DNA of 64,000 nt, taken from assembly GCF_030028105.1 (NCBI RefSeq), contig NC_092397.1, positions 42,350,613 to 42,414,612 on the forward strand. The letters run 5' to 3'. The position numbers and the translations under genes are program-made. Within the stretch, counting starts at the first letter, position 1; each line of letters opens with the position of its first letter. Below, in pieces: positions 25,418-38,900 of the stretch. The notes below the pieces were generated by a model. It was not told where the DNA came from. It saw only the letters and a program-made list of their open reading frames with translations, and made no database searches. The stretch comes from Mobula birostris (lineage: Eukaryota).

Positions 25418-28400
25418 CTGGTGGGAGATGCTGCCTGACTTGCTGGGTTCCTCCAGCATCTTGTCCGCGTTGTTCGCCATTCCCAGAATTTCTTGGCGTT
25501 ATGCTGACACAATGTTCACATCTGCACCTTCAGAGGCCTGTACTGCTGTCAGAATAAAACGACAGGTTCCTCGTCGTATAACACAGTGATAAATCTGATT
25601 CTGATTCCAAGGAACAGAGGACAATGGACATTGTCTGGCCAAACTCTCTGTGTAACTGAGAACCTCGGGTCCGGGAAACATCCTTGGAAATCCTTTCTAC
25701 ACTCTCCCCAGTTTAACACGTTTCCTATAACGGTGACAAGAGCTGTACACAAAGTGAGGCCTCCAGTCACTTACACAACTGTATCATAATGTCACAACTG
25801 ATATACTCTATCCCCTGACTAATGAAGACCAGCATGTTAAACCCGTTCTTCACTACCCTGTCTACAAGTGACACAACTTTCAAATGAACTGTGTGTGCAC
25901 TTTACCCCTAAATCTCTCCGGCCCATTACACTCCCCAAGGACCAATCATTCATAGTGTAACTTCTACACTGGTTTGACTTTCCAATATGCACCGCCTCAC
26001 ACTATATTGAAATGCATTTGCCACACTTGACCCTCTTCCCTAAATGATCATGGTCCCCCTGTAATCTGCGACAACCTTCCAAGTAAAGTTGAGGGAAGTT
26101 ATTCCAACTAATTAATAAACCTTTTGTGCACCGACATTGAACAGTGAAGATGATTAGTATCAAAATCAAAATCATGTTCATTATCACGGACATATGTCAT
26201 TAACTTCGTTGTTTTGCTACAGCTGTACAGAGCAATTTCTAAAAAAAAATAGTTAAAATAAGAAATACAGAATAACCTAAATAGTGTAAAAAGGGAATCA
26301 GGGAGGGGTGTGAGTCCGAACATGAGAATAGAAAACTGAAAACCTTGTCCATTCTTGCCTCTTTTACTCTTCATATATCTGAAAATAAATCTTTTTGTAT
26401 CTTGTTTCTATTATGGGCCAGTTACTTTCATAATTCATCTGACTTCTGCATATTGTTATTATAGTTGCGCTCTATTTTTAAAGTTTCATAATCCTTTAGC
26501 TTCCCATTAAATTTGGTGATATTCTTTGCCCTCTCATGTTCTTTTATGCTGCCCTTGTCTTCTGTTGTTAGCGATGGTTGCCTCACCCTCCCTTTTAAAT
26601 ACTGTTTCTGCTGAGGGATGAACCGATCCTGTGTCTGCCAAATTTCTCCTGGAGACTGAAACTTTTCATACAAAGGTAATCTGAGGAAGTTGAAATGCCC
26701 AACTGCTGTAAACTTGTTCCCATTACCCCTCTGTTTGATTTACTAATATGTCTGCTGCACAATATCTGAGCCTATTGGGAGGCCGGCAGTATAATCCCAT
26801 CAAAATCATCATTCATCATTTCATTTAAAACCTCTACTTACAAGACCTCATCAAAACCCCTCTTATTACTGAAGTGTTGGTCTCCTTAATCAAAGATGCA
26901 ACATCCCCCACCCATAAGGTAGCTTTTAAATGTTTCCGCTTCACCTTAAACAATTACCCTGTAAATTTAGGCTTCCCTACCCTACAAAAAGAGTGCTCAC
27001 CTACTGATTTTGTAAACCTCTGGACGGTCACCAGACAGCTTCTTACTCTCTCAGTAGAGAGAGAGAGACTCCCAGTCTGTCCAAGCTTCTGCTGATAATT
27101 AAAGTCCTCCAATGTCAGTAACATCCTCATCAAACTTCCCTCCACACTTTCCAGCTTCATGACATCCTTCCTGCAACTGGATGACCAGAACTGTGCAAAA
27201 TACAGTGTGGTCTCACTTTGACTTTTACAGCTGTCATATGGCACCCCGAATCCTCTACTCAGTTCCCTGATCAATGAAGACAAATAGGCCAAACACCACC
27301 TTCACCATTCTGACTACCTGTGTTGTCACATTCAGTGAATAATGTTTCTGTATTTCATGGTCTCTCTGTTCTGTAATACTCTCCAAGGGACAAGAATTTA
27401 CTGTGCAGATCCTGAATTCCCCAGTTACTCTTGATCCCAATCTTCACAGTCCACACGACCACCAACATCGCTGTCATCTGCAAACTCACTGTCACTACAT
27501 TGTCAGGAAACTTGTTAATGTAGATAACAAATGACAGTATCAGCACCGATCCCTGTGGATGTCACTGGTCAGAAGCCTCCAACCTGAATAACAAGCTGCC
27601 ATGACCACCCTCTGTCTCCTTCCACCAAGACAAGTATCTTCTCTGGCATCCCCTCTGCTCTAAATGTGTAATACAAAAGAAATAAAGATTAAATCAAAAT
27701 ATATCTACCTACGGCCTATATCTCTCAGAAGAGACAAAACCTCAACTCCTCACTCCAATTCTGGCCCACTCATACAATGACCGCTCTGGTTAAATCTAAC
27801 TTCTTTTAATTGGATCTTGCCATGTTCCGAATTACGGCCAATCAAACGTTTCCTTGGGAACTGAGACATGTAAAATGTGCCAACTGCTCATGTTCACTTC
27901 ATTCAAACTTCCTTTACATAATCTGATGACTGTGTGGGACTGTGGCACTCAAAACTGTGGACTGCAGGAAACCAAAGTACATGCCTGCGCTGTTCTACCA
28001 GGCCAAAAGTGATTTAAAAAACACTGTATAACAAACACTGGAATTTCCTAACTGAGATGAATGGGGAGGCGGGATAACTGAAAAGATTCAAAGAGAAGGA
28101 AGATAAATGTTTGTAAAATCAGGGAAGTGGGATTGACATACAAGGAAGGCTGATGGCAGATCAGACTTTATATGGAATTGTGGGTGAGGGACTAAGAGAG
28201 GACACACTGAAGGGTTCATCCAGTGAGACAATGTGGATAGAGCTCAGGATAAGAGAGGAGCGTTCACTGATGGGGTTATACCACAGGCCTCCCAAATGCC
28301 AGCAGGAGATAAAGGAACAGAAATGTAGCAGATAATGAAAGATGTAAAAGCAACAGGGTAGTTGTAGTGGGTGACGAATTTCCCCAATGTTGACTGGGAC

Positions 28401-29935
28401 TCCCTTAGAGTCAGGGGCTTAGATATCACTGAATATGTTAGAAGAATACTGGGATGTTACTTAACATAGAAGTGGATAGTCTAACTTGGGAAGGGGGTCA
28501 TAGAAAACATTGTATCGGGAAATGAGCTTGGCCATTGACAGAAGTTTCATTTTGGGAACAGTAAGGACAAGGCTGGACCAGGTGATAATGTGGTCATTTG
28601 GGGTACAGTTAATTGCAACTGTCTACATTGAACATGTAAATGATGTTTGAAAGCAATCGGGTCAGAATTCAGACAGAACTGTTTCTATGAGGAGGAAAGA
28701 CAAGGATGGTAAAGTCTGGCAGAGGGGCATAGTGAGAGATGTTATGAATTCAGATGGGAATAAAATGAAGGATAAGGAATACTTCAGAAGTAGAAATTGG
28801 AGAAGGCCTCTGGCAACATGAAGCAAGGAAATGAAGAGAGAAGTTAGAGAGAGAATCAGAAGTGTGAAACGGGAAGAAGAAATAACTTTGGTGAGAAGGA
28901 GCATTGTGGAGAGGGTACGACAACACAAGCACAGAGGAGAGGGTTTATGCCTGAAGTGTGCAAGAGACTAAACCAGTACTTCTCATCAGTATTTATCAAT
29001 GTGGTCATGGAGGATAGTGAGATCAGAGAAGGGAATGCTGATATTCCAGGGCATGTTGTTCCTCAGGCAATAGAGACAAACAGGAAATTATAGATTGGTT
29101 AGACTTGGATCAATGCTCGGGAAATTATTTGAGAATATTATTAGAGATAGGATCTCTAATAAAAGTTAGGAGGGTAAAAGGAGGATATCATGATTCAGAA
29201 GGCAAAGTGAGCAAAATCCAAGAGATTCTCTTGCTTTATTCACAGGAAAAGGTAAGTTAGACACAGAATCGTTCCCCTTGGAGGTGAACATGGCCATCTG
29301 TGTGTGGAGGCAAATGAAATAGGAGAGGCTTTCCATGAATATTTCTGACAATAATTTCACCATTGCAAAAATTCTTTTAGGTTGTTAAATCTCCAGGGCC
29401 TTATCAGGTACATTCTCATACTTTGTGGGAAGCTGGAGAATACACTGTGGAGGCCAGGGGAGAGATTATTTTGCTCCATCTCAGGCACCAGTTGAGGTTG
29501 CACATGATTGGACAGGGTGAGTAATGTGGAATTGATAGTTTTGAGGCCAAGACCGTGGATGATACAAAGAGGCAAGCAGTGATGAGGAAGCAGGGAGTCT
29601 GCAGTAGCACTTGGACAGATTTGGAGAATGGACAAGGAAGTGCCAGATGAAATACAGTATAAGGAAGTGTGTGGTCATGTACTCTGGTAGGAGGAATAAC
29701 AGCCTAGGCTCTTTCTAATCAGGGAGAGAACAGAAATCATTTGTGCAAAGGGTCTTAGTGCACGATTCCCTAAAGGTTAATGTACACATTGAGTTGGTAG
29801 TGAGGAAGGCAAATGCAATATTTGCATGCATTTCAAGAGAACTAGAAAATAAAACCAAGGATCTAATGCTGAGGCTTTGGTCAGACCTTATTTGGAGTAT
29901 CATGAGCAGGGTTGGGTAACTTTTCTAAGAAAGGA

Positions 29936-31455
29936 CTAGTGTTGAAATTGCGGGGGCCCTGGCAGAAATATTTAAAATGTCGCTGTCTATGGGTGAAGTG
30001 CCGGAGGATTGGAGAGTGGCTCATGTTGTTCCGTTGTTTAAAAAAGGATCGAAAAGTAATCCGGGAAATTATAGGCCGGTGAGTTTAACATCAGTAGTAA
30101 GTAAGTTATTGGAGGGAGTACTAAGAGACAGAATCTACAAGCATTTGGATAGACAGGGGCTTATTAGGGAGAGTCAACATGGCTTTGTGCGTGGTAGGTC
30201 ATGTTTGACCAATCTGTTGGAGTTTTTCGAGGAGGTTACCAGGAAAGTGGATGAAGGGAAGGCAGTGGATATTGTCTACATGGACTTCAGTAAAGCCTTT
30301 GACAAGGTCCCGCATGGGAGGTTAGTTAGGAAAATTCAGTCGCTAGGTATATATGGAGAGGTGGTAAATTGGATTGGACATTGGCTCGATGGAAGAAGCC
30401 AGAGAGTGGTGGTAGTAAATTGCTTCTCTGAGTGGAGGCCTGTGACTCGTGGTGTGCCATAGGGATCAGTGCTGGGTCCATTGTTATTTGTCATCTATAT
30501 CAATGATCTGGATGATAATGTGGTAAATTGGATCAGCAAGTTTGCTGATGATACAAAGATTGGAAGTGTAGTAGACAGTGAGGAAGGTTATCAGAGCCTG
30601 AAGAGGGACTTGGACCATCTGGAAAAATGGGCTGAAAAATGGCAGATGGAGTTTAATACTGACAAGTGTGAGGTATTGCACATTGGAAGGACAAACCAAC
30701 GTAGAACATACAGGGTTAATGGTAAGGCACTGAGGGGTGCAGTGGAACAGAGGGATCTGGGAATACAGATACAAGATTCCCTAAAAGTGTCGTCACAGGT
30801 AGATAGGGTCATAAAGAGAGCTTTTGGTACATTGGCCTTTATTAATCGAAGTATTGAGTATAAGAGCTGGAATGTTATGATGAGGTTGTATAAGGCATTG
30901 GTGAGGCCGAATCTAGAGTATTGTGTTCAGTTTTGGTCACCAAATTACAGGAAGGATATAAATAAGGTTGAAAGAGTGCAGAGAAGGTTTACAAGGATGT
31001 TGCCGGAACTTAAGAAACTCAGTTACAGAGAAAGGTTGAATAGGTTAGGACTTTATTCCCTGGAGCGTAGAAGAATGAGGGGAGATTTGATAGAGGTATA
31101 TAAAATTATGATGGGTATAGATAGAGTGAATGCAAGCAGGCTTTTTCCACTGAGGCAAGGGGAGAAAAAAACCAGAGGACATGGGTTAAGGGTGAGGGGG
31201 GAAAAGTTTAAAGGGAACATTAGGGGGGGCTTCTTCACACAGAGAGTGGTGGGAGTATGGAATGAGCTGCCAGACAAGGAAGTAAATGCAGGTTCTTTTT
31301 TAACATTTAAGAATAAATTGGACAGATACATGGATGGGAGGTGTATGGAGGGATATGGTCCTTTTGCAGGTCAGTGGGACTAGGCAGAAAATGGTTTGGC
31401 ACAGCCAAGAAGGGCCAAAAGGCCTGTTTCTGTGTTGTAGTTTCTATGGTTCTAT
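29936..31455 (+). mobile_element. Young 5'-truncated CR1 insertion present only in the left arm
   Basis: RT ORFs 29977..30462 and 30469..31383 are separated by a single TAG (GVP*G); (ttctatgg) tail. The empty site tctaagaaagga|tgtgctgg is seen in the right arm at ~46471-46490. Candidate TSD gga. Confidence 0.95.
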
Positions 31456-33871
31456 GGATGTGCTGGCATTGCAGAGGCTGGAGTGGAAATTCAAGAGAAT
31501 GATCCCAGGACTGAAAGAGTTAGGATATAATAATCATTTGATGATCTGGGCCTGTAGTCACTGGAGTCTAGAAGAATGAGGGAGAATCTTATAGAAACGT
31601 ATTGAATATTGAACGGCCTAGATAGTGTTGATGTGAGAGGATGTTTCCAATAATGGAGGAATCTAGAACCAAACCACTCCCTCAATAAAATAAAGTAGAA
31701 TAGAGATGAGTAATTTCTTTAGTCAGAAGGTGATGAATCAATGGATGTCATTTGCATAGGCAACCATAAAGACAGTCAGTAGGTTTATTTAAAGCAGAGG
31801 TTAGTAGATTTTTAATTATTATTAAGGGTATCAAAGTTTATGGGTAGAAGGCAAGAGAATGGGGTTGAGAGGGATATATGATGAACAGAACAGACTGAAT
31901 GGGCCAAAAGGCCTAATCCTGCTCCTATGACTTCAGGACTGATGGTTTATGCGGTGTCATTGTTTAAAAAGGGTAGTGGAAACTACAGGCCTATCACTCT
32001 GTAATTTGTTGGAGTTTCTGAAGTACGGGATCTACCAACATTTGGTTTGAATCAAGACAGTCAGCAGAGTTTTGTGCAAGGGAAATCAAGGCAAATTTCT
32101 TGCAGCTCTTTGAGGAGTTTCACAAGGGCGTAGATGAGGTTAGGGCTGTGGATATTGTCTATATGGACATTGGCCAGGCCCTTGACTATAGTCTGGAAGG
32201 TTAGATCTATAAAATGGAATCTGGGGAGATAGTTGCCTCCGTGACAGGAGGCAGAGGCTGATGGTTGAGGGTTGTGTCTCAGACTGGAGGTGTCTGTCTA
32301 GTGGTGTGCCACTGGGTGACAGGACCTTTGTTGTTTGTAATTTATATAAATAATGTCCATGTGAATGTATAGTTCACTGAAAGTGACGTCTCAGCTAGAT
32401 ACGGTGGTGAAGATGGGGTTTGATCTGCCGGCCTTCATCATTCGTGTCACTGAGTACAAGAGTTGAGAAGAAGTGTTGCAGATACACAAGTCTTTGGTGA
32501 GGACTGATCAAAGGAAACCATGCTGACTTTGGCCTATTTTTTCATGTGTTGCCAAGTACCCGAAAATACATCCTTAACAATCGACTCCATTATCTTCCCA
32601 ACCACTGAGATCGGACTAACTGGCCTATGATTTGCTTACTTCTGCTTCCCCCTTTTCTTTAAGAGTGAATGACCTTTGCAATCTTCCTGTTCTCTGGAAC
32701 CACACCAGAATCCAGAGATTATGGAAAGATTATTATTAAAACTGCCACAATCTCGTCAGCCACATCTTTCATAGCACTGGTGTAGACAATCTGGTCCAAG
32801 TGAATTACCTACCTTCAGACCTTTCAGTTTCCCAAGGACCATCTCCCTAGTAAAGGCAAAATTACTCATTTCTGCCCCCTGATTCTCTTGAATTTCCAGC
32901 AGACTGCTAATGTCTTCCCCACTGAAGACTGATGCACAATACTTATTCAGTTTGTCTGCCATTTTCCTCTAACCCATTACTACCTCTCCAGTAACAACTT
33001 CCAATGAACCAATATCTACCGTTGCCTCTCTTTTACACTTTGTATATCTGAAGAAACTTTTGGTATCCTCTTTAATACCAGTGGCTAGCTTACCTTCATA
33101 TTCCAATTTTTTCCTCTCTTTATGACTTTTTTCGTTGCCTTTTGTTGGTTTTAAAAGTTGTAAATACTCTGAGAGTCAGGGACATCTCAGAGCAGATACA
33201 GAACAGGGGGACGGTGATCATTCAGCCGGAGATGGTGATTCATGTCAGTACCAATGGACAGGTAGAAAAGGGATGATGTCCCACAGTGAATATAGAGAGT
33301 TAGGGAAGAAGTTATGGAGCAGAACCTGAAATGTTGTAATCTCCAGTTTACTCCCAGTGCCCTGTGGTGGTAGGGATACAAACCGAAAGTGAGAGCAGAT
33401 TAATGTGTGGCTGAGGAGCTGATACAGGGGCAGTGTTTCAGGATTACAGAACATTGGAACCTCTTCTGGTGCTGGGGTGACCTGTACAAGATGGATAGTT
33501 TGCACCTTCACTGGAGGAGGGTCAGTATCATGAGGTTCATTGCTGCTCCCGATGAGGGTTGAAACGAGATTGACAGGGAGATGTGAAACAGAACACCAGT
33601 CACTGAATGGAGAGATTGAAGCTGAGTTAGATGCCAAGCACGGCAATATGTAATGATGGATTTTGAGGCAAATCCACATCTGACCTGGAGTTTGTTTAAA
33701 GACCAGTGCGGTGTTTCAGGGCCAATTTGTTCCAGTTTGTCAAGGATGGCAAGGTTCAGAAACCTTGGATGATGAGACAAGAAGTTAATTTAATCAAGGA
33801 GGTGAAGAAGCATTACACATCAAAGTTGCTGGTGAACGCAGCAGGCCAGGCAGCATCTGTAGGAAGAGGTA

Positions 33872-33909
33872 CAGTCGACGTTTCAGGCCGAGACCCTTCG
33901 TCAGGACTG
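33872..33909 (-). ncRNA. Minimal type-I hammerhead ribozyme motif, intact core
   Basis: Minus strand CAGTC-CTGACGA-A-GGGT CTCG GCCT-GAAA-CG-TC-GACTG, with a 5-bp stem I. Confidence 0.8.
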
Positions 33910-34779
33910 GTCAAGAAGCATAAGTAAGGCTTAGGAATCTGTAATCAAACAGGGTGTTTGAGGACTATATTTAAAAAACAGGGGAACTCAAGAACGTTTG
34001 GAGAGCTGGAAACAGTGATGAAAAATCTCCGGCAAGTAGGATTGAAGATAATCCCACTGCATTCCATACATTCGTTGTGGTGAAAAGGATACTTCGGGCT
34101 GCACTTTGGGAGATCCATGATCAAGGGTGTGTACAGTTAATGGTAGGAACATTAACAGTATTGACAAAGAGAAGGATGTCGAGGTTCAGAGACATCGGTT
34201 CCCTAAAACTGGGAGCACAGGTTGACAGGGAGGTAAAGTCGGTGTATGGCATGTTTACCTTCATCAGGCAAGGCATTGAGTTCAAGCCCCAGGACATGAT
34301 GTTACAGGTTTATAAAATGCTGGTTAGACCACATTGAGAGTATAGTGTTCAGTTCTGATCACCTCATTATAGGAAGCATGTGGAGGGTTTGGAGCAGGAT
34401 GTCTGGAGGAGGTGTGCGCTGAGGAGAGCCTCGACATGCTGAAACTTTTTCTTCTGAAGTGGCGTCGGCTCAGGAGAGATTTGATAGAAACCTGTGGAAT
34501 TTGTGTGTCATAGTTGGTGTGGACAGCCAGTAGTATTTTTCACAGAAGGGATGTATTTAAGCTCAGAGGAAGAAAGTGAAGAAAGCAGATTGATGGAATG
34601 CACTGTCAGGGGTGGTGGCAGAGGCAGAGAGTACAGGAGTATTTAAGGAAATCTTAGACAGACACAGGAATATGTAGAGATGGGCCAAAGGGCCACTCCT
34701 GTACTGTCGTTATTTCTCTGAACAGCAGATGGCCCCTGGGCATGGATCCGTGCATGAGACTGGGATATTATATTGAAAG

Positions 34780-34968
34780 GTTAAAGTCTGTCCCGAGCCT
34801 TGTGGCCCATCAGGCCGGTGCTTATGCGGGTTTCTGTGGCGTGAAGCGACTGAGAGTACGAGACCCCCCCCCCCCCCACCACATAGGACGCCAGTCTATC
34901 GCCAGGTTAACCCCCAGCATTTGCCCGTACCCATTTTCAGCTGGGTAGACTGGAGCAGTGTGTGGTTA
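34780..34968 (-). mobile_element. SINE relic, probably Nin/Deu-domain tRNA-SINE (body and tail, head missing)
   Basis: gtggcccatcaggccggtgcttat...gtgaagcgact...cccccagcatttgcccgtacccatttt...gctgggt resembles, from memory, the antisense of Nin-domain SINEs. Mirrored at ~42960-43146. Confidence 0.5.
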
Positions 34969-35280
34969 TCCCCAACAGAAAAATAGTTGTCGGAGGGGCG
35001 GGACCGGCAACTCAGTTTCACAGTACAAATGCTACAGGTACGATGGAGTGGAGGGGAGAGAAGGGAGAGATGTGTTTGACCAGGGAGAACATCTCAGTGG
35101 TACTTAGCGAAGACATCCCTGGGGATTGCCCCATCATGTTGACTGGGACCGCCGCACTGCAAAAGGGTTGGTGGAGCAGAATTTATTCTGTGTCCGGTTT
35201 TATCCATCAGTGTTTAGAAGTTCCTACTAGAGACAGACCAGCACTGAACCTCCTTGTCGATCCACCCACCCCCTCCTTTT

Positions 35281-35344
35281 CTCCCTGGCACAAACAAAAG
35301 TCTGTTCTCAGAGCGACCCAGCGGCTCACAGAGGGATCCGTGTC
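35281..35344 (+). pseudogene. Orphan degenerate H4-type 3' UTR, stem-loop and downstream element
   Basis: Aligns with 22194-22258 of the H4 3' end; stem-loop decayed to GTCTGT-TCTC-AGAGCG; no coding sequence upstream. Confidence 0.65.
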
Positions 35345-35917
35345 ACGGGAGATACGACCAAACTGACCCCTTCTTTGCAAATGTTCATTTATACTTCAGA
35401 CACCCAGGTGGACGAGATTTTCAGTAAATACTGTCAGTTCCATATGGTAAATGTACTTATGTAGATAAATATAAAGCTGCAAATATTATTGTTCTGTGAG
35501 GCGGTGGGAATTGCTCATGAAGCGATCAGCAGGCGGTGTTCCCGTCTGCTGTACACCGGATCGGTCCAGGGTCAACCCGCAATGTGAAACCCAGACAACA
35601 CGGTTTCAGGTCATGAAGAGCGGAATCGTTCAATGATCGGAGTTTAAATTCACCCTCCGGGGGCTGACTCTGGAAGTTCATTTCCCCACCCGCAAGGGGA
35701 GAGAGCTCCATTCAGCCAGCAGAGAGGGGAAATGAGTCAGGGTGAAGCGGACCGCGTACTGTGCAGATTTATACCGATTTAATTCGCGGAATAAACACGA
35801 CAGGAGGAGAGAAAACGTTACCAGGGGTGGCTCCGGTCGGGGCCGTGACAGATACACAGCCCAGTTACTCTGAACGGAAATCACTCGCTGTTCAGCCCTT
35901 CCACAGACACCGTGAGT

Positions 35918-35933
35918 GGCTCTGAAAAGAGCC
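35918..35933 (-). terminator. Histone 3' stem-loop (H2A left)
   Basis: Minus strand GGCTCT-TTTC-AGAGCC. Confidence 0.95.
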
Positions 35934-35963
35934 TTTGGGTAAATAGGTTCAGCTTACGTCGCT

Positions 35964-36413
<450 letters not shown>

Positions 36414-37221
36414 TTATAGCTTCTTTGAGAATGCAAAGTAATGCTTGTGATTGGTTTAATGCTGCTTGTTTTCATTGGTGAAAAGAAATGGCCCAATCGA
36501 CGAACTGCCTTAATCACCAATCAAGAGCCGGTAAAGGTAGAAGCGCGGAAAGTAACCTTCTCCTCCCCAAAGTGCGCTGAAAAATGGAAAAATCCCGCCA
36601 AAAAAAACTATTGTTCACATTGAATCTGAAATTAAATCATTGCTGATCTGTTTGACGACTGGGTCTTTGTAATTCCCCCGTTACTGAAATCAGACACATT
36701 TAATGCAAGTATGGTTGATATTGGAGTGTCTGGGAACTCTATTCTCTAATACTGTATCTTTGAATTCGTAAAGGAACCGAGTAAAACTGACACTCAGCTT
36801 CTGCCCGGTGCCGGTCATTGTGTAAACGTTATCAGGTTATGGACAAACGGCTCTTCTCAAACTGTCCCCAGCGTCTACTCTGCAACTTAAAAAAAAAGTT
36901 GTTCTATGAAAGAACCGTGTAGTCGTTCCGGCCTCGCATTGAAATGAGATTCAGAGAAGTTACCTAACTGTAACCAATAAACTCCTGAACCTACAGCTAA
37001 AACAGCAACGGCAGCAATCCTCCGCTCGACATGAAAACCGGCAGGGACGGACTGATGGGAGGTAACAATTCCGTTTTAGGAATGTTAAACACCGGGATTA
37101 TACGGGGGAAATGAACCGGATATTCCAACCGCTCTTTAGCTCTTGTAAAAGTCACCACACATAAAATATGCGCCATGTATTGCCTAAATGCTAGTACAAC
37201 TCTCTCAGTGAAATCGTGAGT

Positions 37222-37348
37222 GGCTCTCAAAAGAGCCGTTGTGTTTTCGATCATCGCCCTGGGGAGCTTTACTTGGAGCTGGTGTACTTGGTCACCGCCT
37301 TTGTCCCTTCGGACACGGCGTGCTTGGCCAGCTCCCCGGGCAGCAGCA
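37222..37348 (-). pseudogene. 5'-truncated H2B ([25 protein letters not shown]) with intact stem-loop
   Basis: Coding remnant 37269-37348; stem-loop GGCTCT-TTTG-AGAGCC at 37222-37237; abruptly joined to LINE sequence at 37349. Confidence 0.93.
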
Positions 37349-38668
37349 TTGCTATTATCGCTACATTGTTTAGTCTCTCCACCTGTTCTGATTATGAATT
37401 GCAGCAAATGACCGAGCCAGAACTCAACCGTCTCTCTTTCAGGAACAATTGTATCACCTCCTTTAATCAATATTCGGAACCCTAATAATCCTACACCCCC
37501 ATTTTCTTAGTCATTCCCCAAACATCTTCAAGTTTAATAGTCCTTCCAATACTTTCACAATATGACCTCCAGTACATGTTTTTCACAAGCTTCATTACTT
37601 TCCTCACCACGGCCTGTGACCTGTTACACTTAATATGATCAGGCGGGGAGTGATACTTCGTAACTTTCGGAAATGCCACGTTTCTCTCAGTAACTGCCTC
37701 TGCACACTCCTCCGTCCACCACGGTACAGCTTTTCTCCCACTAATGTACTTTTTAAATTGAATCTCTGCCACCACTATTTGATGAATAATGTGACAACGT
37801 TTCTTTGCAGGAATCCACATCATCCTCACCATTCAGCCCAGACAGACGCTCAGCACATAAAACATTCGAACTTCTCCCAATACGCTTTACCAGAGTTCCA
37901 CCTCCTAAAAGTGGCCTCATGCCCCTATATAAATCCAAACCCAAGCTTATAAACATAGGAAAATGATCACTCCCCAATGCTTCATCTCCCATGACATCCC
38001 ACTACTCACTGCAATGTTCAAAACCAAAGTTAAGTTTACAGCATTTTCAGAACTATTATGAACATTAAATCTCGTACCTCTCCGACCATAAAGACTAACA
38101 GGATATGAAATATCTGATACTCTTCTATAAACAAAACATCACCAATCTGAGAACAACCCCACAGTGAACTAACTATGTGTTAAAATCCCCACACCATACA
38201 ACCCCTAGTGAGCTAGAGCTACATATACTCTCCAGCAAATCAATCGGAAGCTTTCCACAATGGTTATAATAACACACAAACACGAGGAAATCTACAGATG
38301 CTGGAATTTCAAGCAACACGCGTAAAAGTTGCTGGTGAACGCAGCAGGCCAGGCAGCATCTCCAGGAAGAGGTACAGTCGACGTTACAATAATATACCAC
38401 TTTATTGCCCCTACTTGTGGAATCAAATGTCTTCAAATGCCTCATACATTTGAATTTGCATCCACAACTCTATGCCCTCTCCCTCTCATTAAAAAACTTG
38501 CAACACCACCTCCTCTACCAACTAAGCTATCTTAATTACAATATAACACTGGAAGGAAGAACTTAAATGCGATAACAATCAGATTTCCAGATACATATAA
38601 CATCACATAGATTTGATAAATCAGAAATAAACTTGAAGTCTTGACCATTAGAAATCAGGCTTCTGGAA
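37349..38668 (-). mobile_element. Decayed LINE endonuclease/linker fragment, probably I/Nimb clade
   Basis: RSLISNGQDFK..DVICI, WCGDFN, LGSDHFP, AVPWWTEEC...YWRSYCESI...VWGMTKKMG; many frameshifts. Confidence 0.7.
38272..38385 (-). mobile_element. Penelope pLTR-derived short element truncated inside the hammerhead
   Basis: Same body as 41131-41260, but begins at aacgtcgactgtacc and lacks CTGANGA and stem II. Confidence 0.8.
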
Positions 38669-38689
38669 ATCGCCCGACTGATACAGGCG

Positions 38690-38900
38690 GGGGATGCGGA
38701 ATGTAGTGGGGCGTTTATGATTGGTGAAACAGTGCCTGCTCTGATTGGAAAGAGCAAATATTCCAATCACAGAGCTGCCTTATTCACCAATCAAGAGACA
38801 GCAACTGTAGAAGCGCGGAAAATACCGTCTAACCGCCGAAATAAACTGAAATTTGCAAAACACCGCCAAAAAAGCCTTTGTTGCTGAAATTAAACCACAA
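38690..38900 (-). promoter_or_regulatory. Orphan H2A-type promoter without a downstream gene
   Basis: Paralogous to 36430-36610: four CCAAT/ATTGG sites (38720, 38744, 38763, 38787) and shared ctgcctta.tcaccaatcaagag...gtagaagcgcggaaa...ccgccaaaaaa. No clean TATA. Confidence 0.7.

Noticed and set aside
34864-34878. Poly-C/poly-G tracts (also ~12365, ~20325 and mirrors) as G-quadruplex elements
   Set aside because: Simple homopolymers inside TE relics, with lengths varying between arms; no sign of function.
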